Shown in pieces: positions 39,501 to 50,705 of a DNA stretch of 64,000 nt. Both the position numbers and the translations under genes were made by a program. How positions within the stretch are numbered: the first letter of the stretch is position 1; each line of letters starts with the position of its first letter. A model generated the notes under the pieces. It was not told where the DNA came from. It did no database searches and worked only from the letters and a program-made list of their open reading frames with translations. Source of the DNA: Ophelia neglecta (Eukaryota). The stretch is from NCBI GenBank assembly GCA_965285935.1, contig OZ260663.1, forward strand, positions 35,092,001-35,156,000, in the 5' to 3' direction.

Positions 39501-41669
39501 GTATTTCTTATCGGTGGAACCTTTGACGAAAAGAATGTTCAAGACTTTCCCATAATCATTAAAAAAAACAGTTAAATAGATGGATAACAAATTTCGAAGT
39601 CATGGCCACAGTGATACCCAGCATTAAAAACTAGGTAATTAAAATAGATTCAACGTCAGATCTGTGCAAATTCTTCAACGACTGGGATTTTCTAGCATGG
39701 ATACTTGGGTACCAGGGCAGCTCTGTGCTTAAGGAAGATGTTTACATGGTAAATGTGGGCCCTCGTAGCCACGCCGCAAGTTATCTGCCCGAGGTTCGGA
39801 AGCCGAACTTTCCCAGTTCACCTAATGGCGCTGTTTCCGACGCAATAAAGTTCTGATACGTAATTTTGGACAAATGAGCAATCGATTCGTCATAGCCGAA
39901 TGTTTTTATAAAAAATATCCACATAAAATTGAGGTTTTGACCGACTTCGAAATGCTGATTCTCGTAGTAGTCGTCCCTGGTAGAACTAAACGGCGAAGCT
40001 GAGCGCGCGTTCATCACACAGCTTGTACAAAAATCTTGCTGAATTCCAACACAATGCGATCGTTATTCAAAACTAATGCCATTCATCAGCAATGAGAATT
40101 TGAGAAAATTGTCAGAAATCCGAATTTCAAGCGATAACCCTTTAATAGAATGCTTAACACAAAACTCCAATTTTCATCTTTTGCAGGCGTAAAACCAAAG
40201 TTTCAAGATGTACACAGTTTTCACAAGCTTCAAATGTTGTTTTCGTCCTATAACAGGTTTGGGAATTCATGTGTAATGCTTTCTATTATATAGTGAAAAA
40301 GCGAAAACTGTGTTGTCAAAATACACAATCTGATAAACAGTGATCTTTCGCACGAATTACATTTTATCCGCTGTTTTCTGACAGTGCTGAACGACATAAC
40401 AGGTTTTTAAATCGTGGAGTAAATCGTTCGAGAAAGTCGAGACGGGATGTGGAGAGTAATAGAATGAAAGGTTAAGGGCTATCTCAATGTTAGAAAGAGG
40501 AAAACGATTTATGAACGTGTCTGAGGAGAAAATCGGAAAGGTTTTAAACTTTGCACTATATTTACCGTGATTGCGAAGTATTACGCCGCCAGAATTCTAA
40601 AATGTGCATATTCATCCTGAAATTTAGCAGATATGAAATAAAATTGCTTTGCAAGAAAAAAAAAGTTATTTACTGTCGTTGTCAATCGTTAAAAGCTGTC
40701 TATGTATTATAAAAATGAAGATCATATATCATTTAAATGCCTTGGGAAAGCCTAACCAACCACCTGAATGACACATACAGTTGTAGAATAATCCGATCTG
40801 AACGCTATACTTCATAATTAGACCTGATTTAGTTGTTGGGACGTACTTTAGTCATTTATTTTCCAAGTATTACAGTCGAGTAATATATTGTTTTTGTGGA
40901 TACATATTTCAAGTTCACGTTAAATTTGTTATTGCTCTTTGTGTTATAGATATACTGTCACAGAGAAATATTTATCACACAGATCAAAGAGGAAAGAGTC
41001 CTAAATGGGATATCTATCCTAACTGTAAATACAGAATAATTTAACTGGCTTATTAAGTATAAATTGTCTTAATTATTACAACACACACACAATACAACAA
41101 CATGAATAAATATGGTTTACACACCTAAACATCATTCTTTAGTAGGAATTTCTTTAATCATTGCTTGAAATACTATTGAAATACAACCGCAGATTTACCC
41201 CCTATACCTTATAGTTTAATACTAAAGAAAATTTAGTTAAAGGAACTTGCTATTTCAAACGGTTAAAGAGGTATTTGTACGTGGAGGAGGGAGGGGGGGG
41301 GGGAGGTGGCTCGCGAGGATTAGTGTAACTTCTTAAATGGGAAAAAAGAAACAAAAATGAAACAAACGGAGCTGAGATTCGATAACAACTTATTACAAGG
41401 GGAAATAGAACGTTTTAAAAATTTATTAGCATGTGAGCCGAAACTCGACAGGTGTGTCCCTGTTTTAAAATGAAAACTACGGCAGGCCACATAAGTAAAA
41501 ACGGCAAATATGTTCCACCCGACAGGCTTCCCCAGCATCAAGTTGAGAAATAACAATAAACCAGATTATCTTGAACCATCGAGCGCAATTTCGTGTCCAT
41601 AAGACAACCCGACTAGAGTTAAAGAAGGCCTCTCTGCTGGCAGGAACAGCTTGCGTATCTGAGAGAGCT

Positions 41670-42030
41670 ATTATCATAGTCCACTGGGGACATGTCTGAC
41701 CACAGTCCATGTACAAGTCACCTCGTAAGCCATCGGTTTTCATTAGCCTTGTCCACTGGGTCCGATTTCTGTCAAAAGATATTATCCTGAAGGCTGCCAC
41801 CCGCTACCAAACCTGGTAGAATCCAACGTTTATCAATGTTACGCCATTTTCTTTAAGCTCAATGGGTATCAATGTCGCATATTCCCTTGCTGGTGTTGTC
41901 ATAAATAACGCCGATTGCCAGCTGGAGACCTACTCGAGTATGAAAACACCGCTTCCCATTGCGTGGCCTGCCGCTTGAAAAGACAACTCCGCTTCTGTAG
42001 GTTGTATGTCTTAGTCAGGAATCAACTGGC
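41670..42030 (-). mobile_element. Possible LINE AP-endonuclease relic
   Basis: GSGVFIL, INVGFYQ and GDLYM occur in the order expected for GGGVxI, IGxxYRPP and GDFN. Confidence 0.3.
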
Positions 42031-42884
42031 TAAACATAAATATCTGAGACATATCTACATAGCATGTAAACCTATTTTAGCACAGTAGGCTAGTGAATCG
42101 GTAAGGAAGTTTGGGCAGTAATGTGGCCATTGCTTTCTGTACTACGTTCACTCTAACTAACTGCACTCAAACTTTCACTGTCGAAGTATTAATCTGGTTT
42201 ATGAAGAGACGGACCTCATCAATCATTTTTAGCCGTGCCAGATGTTGAGATTATTGCCTATTATGATTCCGCCATACAGATAGAAAGAGCTTGGTCGCCT
42301 AACTTCCTTCTTCACTATCACGTTCCTGCGATATCTTTATTCACTTAAGTCGGCAGTGATGTTACATGTAAAGTTATACCGTATGAAATGCCTTATATTT
42401 TGTGGTGCGATTCCACCCTACATTTGACGTAAACTTTTGCACATATGTATGAGCCATAAACTATCATTTTCTGAATTATTACTCCGCTTTATTTTTGCGT
42501 GTATCTGCAATAAAATGAGGAGCCTTCCAATTCACCGCTCAGCCCCATTATTTCAGAACAATAAAGCAGTTATATCATTAACAGGCGGGCTTTACTGTTA
42601 CTCAGAACAACATATAACTCATACCCGGTCCGCCTTATATGACCATCAGCAAAACCTCAAGTACCCAAGCAAAACACATGATTATGAAAATATCACATTA
42701 ATCATATAATGCCATTCCCTCGCAGCGCCCCTGTACTGAGACAATATCATGACACTTCGAACACGAATACTGTACATATATATTTGAAGCTAAACTGACG
42801 AAGCATCTATCCACTTTATTCAAAAAACTGTCGTAAAAAAGAGCACCATCGCTTGCCGCTGAGGGTTCTTGAGAGGACTTCCGG

Positions 42885-42990
42885 TTTGTGTTGGCCTGTA
42901 GCTGATGGTTCCTTGTTATCCGAACTGATGTATTGGACTTTTCTTGATTTATATTTGATTTGTCTGTCGGCTATCCACTCTCGTTTTTGG
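42885..42990 (+). repeat. Dispersed repeat family, copy 4
   Basis: Shares the blocks listed for copies 1 and 2. Confidence 0.6.
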
Positions 42991-43652
42991 GGAAGTACAG
43001 GTTATTAATAAGCAATGCCGGTGTTGCCCTTCGTTTCGCTTAAACTGTCAACATGTAAATTAAATGTTTTTGAATTTTGTAAATAGCAATGTGGAATAGA
43101 CACTCCAGTTATTCGTGTATTCTGAATCATTGCTATTTCGCCAGTTGATTCATTCCTTAATCAATGTTTGGTGATGAATGGTAGACACATTTTTAAAGTT
43201 CGATTTATCACTTATATTCCATGAAAACTTCAATTTATATAATACATACGTATATTTATTTCAGCACCACCTACGGAGTTTCCATTCACTGAAATGGATT
43301 TCTTTACAACAATACTGCCAATATCCAATTAAAACCAAAATGATCTATCCATTTTTAACATGACTCTATCCGCTCATTTGAGGCTGTCTGTCTTAAGATA
43401 ATGCAGTAAAAGGCAAATGCGCCTGTGATGACCGACAATGGGTATTTGGATTAACCCCTAAACCCCTGGGTTAATTGTATCAGTGAACCACACTTGAGTG
43501 GTCCTTGCCATCATGGAGTTGGCAATCACAGCGTGGTAGCAAATACCCTCAGGGACTCGCAATGTCAGTCTTCATAGGTTGGGATTAGGAGACTTCATTT
43601 AGGAATCAAATATATTAAATGCATGAACCAGATTCTAAAATGAAATTACATA

Positions 43653-46312
43653 CACTAAAAACAGTATGTGACTTTCTTTTCTGCAGAAATTGTATTGAAG
43701 ACAAACTATGAATCTAAATGGTCTTACTTTCCTCAAATTAAAATTTTAATAGGCTTAAATTCGGACAAAGGTAAAGTTAATTGTCATCATATCAATCTTT
43801 AAACTTAACTTGTTTTATGCATAGTTCTGACATACTCAAAAAAGGGCCATGAGCAGGGGCGGATAGGCAAGGTATGTTTCATTTCATTTGAGAACTCGCC
43901 ATTATTGTAGAATTATGGGTGTTTTAAACCCACCAGCCGTTTGAACCGCAAACATCCAAATCCCAACCCATCTATGTCATAGCTGGTGCCCAGATAAGCT
44001 AACTTCCCCGATAGTTCACGTGGATCGGGATAGGGGGTTGGCCTCCGAGGCTAGGCAGTGTTAATAGGCAAGTTGTATCTCCCCCTGGAATCTCAATAGA
44101 GATGGATTCGCGTGTCCCTTATAGGATGGAGCGCGAATTTCAGGGAACCGTGGATCAATAATACAACCCTACCCTTATTCCAAAAGAAGCAATGGATCGT
44201 GAAACCCCCCCTCTGACAGCGTACATACTGTAGAAGGTGCTTCCAATGATACAGAAAACTGCCGATTTAGACCTTCTTACCAGGAAGTTTATCATTTAAA
44301 TTAACACAGCTGAGACAAGATCTGATCGAAAAGACGAGATCCATTTGTAGGAAAGAAGACGTTATCCAGTTGTTGGGGTGTGACACGGTGTGGCCTAGTT
44401 GAACGTCGTCCAATTGTAGTGGTGTGGCATCCTTAGATCTGTTATCTAGTCGTAGGGGAGTGACACGGTGTTTCATAGTAAGCAGTTATCTAGTTGCAGC
44501 GGTGTGACTGGGTTTGTCTTAGTAAGACGTTACCATTTGAAGGGGTGTGACGTGGTTTATCGTAGTGAGACCTTATCCAGTTGTAGGAATGTGACATGGT
44601 TTGTAGGAGTAAGACATTATCCACTAGTAGGGTAATGACATTAGGTGTCGTAGTAAGACGTTATTAAGTTGTAGGAATGTGACATGGTTTTTCGTAGTGA
44701 GACCTTATCCAGATATAGGAATGTGACATGGTTTGTCGTAGTGGGACCTTATCCAGTTATAGGAATGTGACATGGTTTGTCGAAGTGAGACGTTATCCAG
44801 TTGTAGGAATGTGACATGGTTTGTCGTAGTGAGACCTTATCCAGATATAGGAATGTGACATGGTTTGTCGTAGTGGGACCTTATCCAGTTATAGGAATGG
44901 TACATGGTTTGTCGTAGTGAGACCTTATCCAGTTATAGGAATGGGACATGGTTTGTCGTAGTGAGACGTTATCCAGTTGTAAGATTGTGACATGGTTTGT
45001 CGTAGTGAGACCTTATCCAGATATAGGAATGTGACATGGTTTGTCGTAGTGAGACCTTATCCAGATATAGGAATGTGACATGGTTTGTCGTAGTGGGACC
45101 TTATCCAGTTATAGGAATGTGACATAGTTTGTCGTAGTGAGACCTTATCCAGTTATAGGAATGTGACATGGTTTGTCGTAGTGAGACGTTATCCAGTTGT
45201 AGGAATGTGACATGGTTTGTCGTAGTGAGACCTTATCCAGTTATAGGAATGGGACATGGTTTGTCGTAGTGAGACGTTATCCAGTTGTAAGATTGTGACA
45301 TGGTTTGTCGTAGTGAGACCTTATCCAGATATAGGAATGTGACATGGTTTGTCGTAGTGAGACGTTATCCAGTTGTAAGATTGTGACATGGTTTTTCGTA
45401 GTGAGACCTTATCCAGATATAGGAATGTGACATGGTTTGTCGTAGTGAGACCTTATCCAGTTATAGGAATGTGACATGGTTTGTCGTAGTGGGACCTTAT
45501 CCAGTTATAGGAATGGGACATGGTTTGTCGTAGTGAGACCTTATCCAGTTATAGGAATGGGACATGGTTTGTCGTAGTGAGACGTTATCCATTTGAAAGA
45601 TTATGACATGGTTTATCGTAGTGAGACCTTATCCAGTTGTAAAAATGTGACATGGTTTGTAGGAGTAAGACGTAATCCAGTTGTAGGGATGTGACTTGGT
45701 CTGTCGTATTGAACGTTTTCCAGCTGCTGGGGTGTGACATGGTGTTCCGTAGTGAAAGGTTATCCAGTTGTTGGGGTGTGAAATGGTGCGTCTTAGTAAG
45801 ACATCATTCAGTTGTAGGGATGTGACATGGTGTGTCGTAGTTAGACGTTATCAGTTGTAGGGGTGTGACATGGTGTGTCGTAGTTAGACGTTATCAGTTG
45901 TAGGGATGTGACTTGGTACGTCGTAGTAAGACGTATTCCAGCTGTTGGGGTGTGACGTGATGTTCCGTAGTAAGAGGTTATCCAGTTGTTGGGTTTGACA
46001 TAGTGTGTCATAATAAGACGCTATCCAGGGGAAGTGAGATTTTGTCGTAGTCAGGCGTTGTTCATTTGTAAGGGTGTGATGTACTGTGTCATAGTAAGAC
46101 CTTATCCAGTTGTAGCAGTGGTACGTGTTTAAATAAGTATCTTATTCCATTGCTGGATCTTAAAAGGCTTAGGCATCATCTTATTGGACTCTCCGATTTT
46201 AAGCCTATTACAATTTTACTTTGAAGAAGGTAAGCCCATTTGTCTAGAGAACACTAATAGTTTGTCTTCAATACAATTTCTGCAGGAAAGAAAGTAACTT
46301 ACTGTTTTAGAG
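43653..46312. mobile_element. Non-autonomous CACTA/EnSpm-like element with ~115-bp imperfect TIRs, carrying a tandem array
   Basis: 43653-43767 (CACTAAAAACAGTA..CTGCAGAAATTGTATTGAAGACAAACTAT..AATAGGCTTAAATTCGGA) matches the reverse complement of ~46192-46312. TA flanks both ends. Confidence 0.7.
44357..46120. repeat. 44-bp minisatellite, ~40 copies (GTGACATGGTTTGTCGTAGTGAGACCTTATCCAGTTATAGGAAT)
   Basis: Unit starts at 44591, 44679, 44943, 45251 and 45559 differ by multiples of 44. The core is homogeneous and the edges are degenerate. Confidence 0.95.
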
Positions 46313-48949
46313 TAACGTCACCTCGTTACATGCCTATACCCCCGAGGAAGCCTGGTATGATTATTATCATATCTGTTTGTGCTTTTGTCGAGCTAATAAT
46401 AAATTAATGTCGGTTACCTCTTCAGTGATTACTTGTTACTGCGTTTCTATTTCGGTCGGAAAGTTTTCATCCCTCGAATTACTGCTTGCAATGCGACCCA
46501 AACAATATACAGAACAAAACGCTAGTTGGTGAAAAAATTATTTTTCAAAAAATTTCGTTTCACATTGACTTTAGGAAGTTTCAGCCAATCGTCCATCCTG
46601 CAGGGCGGAGTATTTTTTTTATCAAAGGTGATTAGGAAGTGAACGTACAGAATGTTATCATTCCATTGAGTCGATTGCGCTAGCATGTGCACTGCATACC
46701 ACTGTGCGTTTGTGCTAGGGCTCATTCCCGTGGAATTTACTAGTCGGTATTAATAACGTTCCGAACATGCTTTTATCCATGTTGAAAATGAGTCCATACA
46801 AAAAAAGTGTAGTAATTTACTCGTTTAGTATATTCTTGAGAATATGGGAATGAGAATATAGATGGTAGCATTGCACAACTTTCAGTTGGCCCTTTTGACG
46901 GTGTATTGACGTGAGCGCTCTGCGTGGAAGCTCATTGGTGGACTGGCCTTGGGGAGTTTTCCCAAATGAGAGGAAACAACAGGCGTGACTTCCGGTATGG
47001 CCCCGTGACGCCAGAGTTCAGGTGTATGATTTGCCAACTCTTTCACTTTTTGTCTTTATTTGTATGTCTAATCATCTTTACTGCCGTGATTATTTCCGGT
47101 TTCATGGTATGTTTTTATTATTAAACAGACTTGGTGTTATCTTTACGAAACAACATGCACGTACACACTTCTAATATTTTTGCTAAATTCTCACTCCTGA
47201 TTATCTGTGACTGAATGTAACATTGGCAAGTTCTGATAATTGCCTTGTAAAGGAGACTCAAGCATCGGTTCTAGAAACATTACACATTTTGGGCATGTGA
47301 CTGATATCCCCACCAGTCCGTGAGCTTGGTCTATAGTATACAAGATAGTCCAGAATCGACTTGTCCGACCACTAGAATCAGAATACTACTGAGTACAGAC
47401 AATTATTCAACATGCAGTGTCACTACTTTAACAGTAGTAGAGACATTTATCTTGTTACAAGGCTCAAACATTGGAAGTTGTCAGGTTAGGCAAGTTAGAA
47501 ATGTAGTTGGATCATACTTTTGGCTTACAGTCCTCACTCATCCTACTATAAACTATTTAACTTCTACCTCTATAAAGATCAAGGGACAAAGGTCGGCTTG
47601 TGACCACTGATGAGTTCTTCTATGTGTGTTCATGACTCATTTCGTTAATGGTGTCAAGTGTGACTGTTTATGTGATCCGAGCGTATATATATGTTATCAA
47701 ACCAAAACTTTAAATGTCGAAACCAAGCCTACTGGGCCAAGTTAAGTAACGTTAAAGTGAACTTTCTTAACTGGTGGTGCATTGTCACAGTCTAAGTCAC
47801 TGTCGTGCTCTGTTCCGTAGGGTTAAGTGCTTGGCCCATGTTATTTTTAGTGTATCTGCCCCTTCTTCATCGCTAAGCGCGTCTTGTGGTTTGGACATAC
47901 ATGGCTATGCTCATTATCCAATTGATGACCCAGTGATTGTGTCATGGTCCACAGTGAACGGCAGCAGCCTGAGAGAGCACCAAGAGCCCCCAAAGGAATA
48001 CTACTAAAGGAGAAACAGACGACAAGCCTACCGAGGATGTTAATGAGATGAGGAATGGCGCAAGACGTAAATCAAGTGACGTCCAGGAGACGGAAATTCG
48101 GCCAATGACAAACTGATCTCCAGACATCATGGCGACGGACGTCCCACACCCAAGTGGCCCTGAATGGCCGATTTTATCACCAAGCCAGACTTTCCACTAA
48201 GATCTGCTTCTGACGCCGGGTAAGAGAGAATACGTTCACTAGGAGACCAAAACGGCAAAAAAAGTTCAAGAAAACATACAAAACAAAACGCACACTGGGC
48301 AAGACTATGACCCTGACGAAACAAAATAATGGTTAAACGGGACGAACTACGGGATAAAATTCGTTGTCTATAATTACCATATTGGCCCACGCATTAGGTA
48401 TATCGAATAAATGTCAACTACGTTTAAGTCAATGAAATTGCAGAGGATTCGCAAGTTCCCTGAGCTATAAAACAACGTTGCTAAACAACTTTGACGTCCC
48501 AGCAATGAGTAAACACATCTTATTCCCTAAAGAATTACATAGGTTTATTAATGGTCACTCGCAATTTAATGCCACTTCCAAGTCCAGTTCAAGCCTGAAA
48601 ACTGAATAAACGGACATCATATCTGTAGTGATGGGGTTAGGTTACGGTGGAGGAAATACTTGTATAATGTAAAAATTATTGATGATATTGAAAGCGATAG
48701 AATTTGTGCAATGCAAATTATAAGCGCGCACAATCAAACACAATCAAAGCGTTCTCTCTGTATATTAGCCGCAGAAATAATGTAAAACTATCTCGTTTAA
48801 TTATGTGAAAGATGAACTTGAAAGTATAGTCTCTAATCTAAATGAAACTTGGCAAATTATTGTATTTTGATTTTCCACTTGATAAACATCATGGCCCTAG
48901 GGGGTGCGAAAAATAGGTACGAATTTAAATAGTACACTTATGTGTGTCC

Positions 48950-49500
48950 ACTAGGTATGTCAAATGCTGATACCGGATGTTACCTCCAAGGCATAAACTT
49001 TTCGACACCTGTTTCTTTTCCGATAACGTTTCATTCATCACATTATTCCGTCGGTCAATAACAAAAATGCTCGATATCGTTCACCAATACAGACAATTTT
49101 GGCGCCTAAGTTCAACTTAACAACGTTTGAGATGAAGAAGTTTGGCAAACGGAATACTGTTAGAGACCAACGTTTTAACACGGGGCCTGGGCTAATCACT
49201 GTGGCAGGAGATATTTTACATCTTGGAGTCCCACTGGTATCTAATGGCAAAGAGTTGGGAAGCCTCCTAATAGAAAACATAACTAAAGCTCGAACAAAGA
49301 TATATTCCGTCCTCTGGATAGGAGATGCCACCAGACGATTCAATACCATCATATTGTCAAAGTTAGGCTTTCTCTATGGCCTTGACCTGGTGAAAATTCG
49401 CACTCAAGTAATGGAAATATTAGATGTTGAACATCGATGCCATGCTAGGCTAATTCAGAACATGTCAGCCAATTAACCCAGCAGTGTTAGCACCATTAGG
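48950..49500 (+). mobile_element. Degenerate LINE (L2/CR1-group) reverse transcriptase fragment
   Basis: Frameshifted translation GCYLQGINFSTP/FSDNVSFITLFRRSITKMLDIVHQYRQFWR/KFN...HLGVPL...IENITKARTKIYS...LYGLDL...RLIQNM follows the YADD-to-thumb region of non-LTR RTs. Confidence 0.7.
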
Positions 49501-49567
49501 ATTGAGAAAAGTACAGTCGTATCGAGATCTCCAAACTTAAAATACTCAGAGACTTCTTAGATCTGCC

Positions 49568-49672
49568 TATAAACTGGGTATACCGAGTGGTAACAAAGCG
49601 AGCAGTGACTCCACTGCGGAGATACAAAACGTTGCATGACTATTGAGTGCTGTTGTGTTTCTCAAGCCTCAG
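49568..49672 (+). promoter_or_regulatory. Putative PRP promoter (TATAAA at 49568) and first exon (~49600-49672)
   Basis: TATAAA, an Inr-like GCAGT ~35 nt downstream, a strong donor CAG|GTAAGT at 49672, and AGCCAAT at 49468. Confidence 0.6.
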
Positions 49673-50072
49673 GTAAGTGAGATTCTCAGCTCGGATTGAC
49701 CGAATTAGTCGCACTTTGTGCACAATTTCATCTTAAATGTAGACTTTATTTCTCCAGTTTGCATCTTAAGTGGAAACAGCTCTTAAGTGGGGTGAAACTT
49801 ACTGGATTGGTTTAACAAAAGTGCAGTGCAAAAGCCAGCATTTCTTCAGGTGATCACTATACACCACGGTTTTTCATAATTTATGATCCAGGCCAAACTA
49901 ATTAGTCCGGTAATTTTAATAGCTCTTGGAATTCGGATAATTCGTTCATTAAAAATATTTCAAATTAATTCCTCCTTTAGTTTTCCAAATTTCAGCCTTT
50001 TGATTATATTCTCCATTATCGACCATTAAGCGTCCAAAGCCAATTTATTGGCCCTTTGTTGAATTCAGTATA

Positions 50073-50250
50073 CAGTGAAACCTGTCAATTAAGACCACCG
50101 AAAAAAACTGGAAAATGCTGTCTGATTTTGGAAGGGGCCTCTTTAGACAGGTTATTTAATACTGAAAGTATACAGCATGGTCTTCATATTAGTTGTCTGA
50201 AGTGACAGGTGGTCTGATTATAGAGGTGGTCTTTAAAGCAGGTTTCACTG
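50073..50250. mobile_element. Tc1/mariner (pogo/Tigger-like) MITE, 178 bp, in PRP intron 1
   Basis: TA|CAGTGAAACCTG..AAGACCACC ... GGTGGTCTT..CAGGTTTCACTG|TA terminal inverted repeats with a TA target-site duplication. Confidence 0.85.
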
Positions 50251-50705
50251 TATTTTGATTTTCGGCCAGTTCATAGTTTTTTTCTCCATTAAGAAGTATA
50301 TAATGTCACCATTTTTATGTTTCAACCATTGAAATATTTCATTCTTTATTCTACAACTTTTAAACTAAGAAACTTTGATCTCTTATTCATTTCCTATATC
50401 TACACACCTATAGAATATAAATGATTGCTTGTGGGTGTTCTAAGTGTAACCCAACCTATTTAGGTGCTTGTTGAACATTTATCTTAAACACTTTCATAAT
50501 AGCCTTATTCAAGGCAATTTTATTGTCTACAATAATCCTTATACTGTTTCACTAGTAAATGAAAAAGTATGTAATTTTTTAACTGTATTTAAATCACATT
50601 GTATATCCCTTATGACGTCTTTAAATTGTTAACGTGACAGTTTATGCGATGGGTTCTTTTTGTATTTGAAGAAGATTACTGTGAACAGACGTATTCTCAA
50701 AAGAT

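Noticed and set aside
44357-46120. Regular array resembling a CRISPR array or a coding repeat
   Set aside because: Units are contiguous with no unique spacers, there are no cas genes, the context is eukaryotic, and 44 is not a multiple of 3.
46905-47030. CpG-rich patch with TGACGT/ACTTCCGG motifs and a CAG|GTGTAT donor
   Set aside because: No linked exon can be demonstrated, and short motifs arise by chance.
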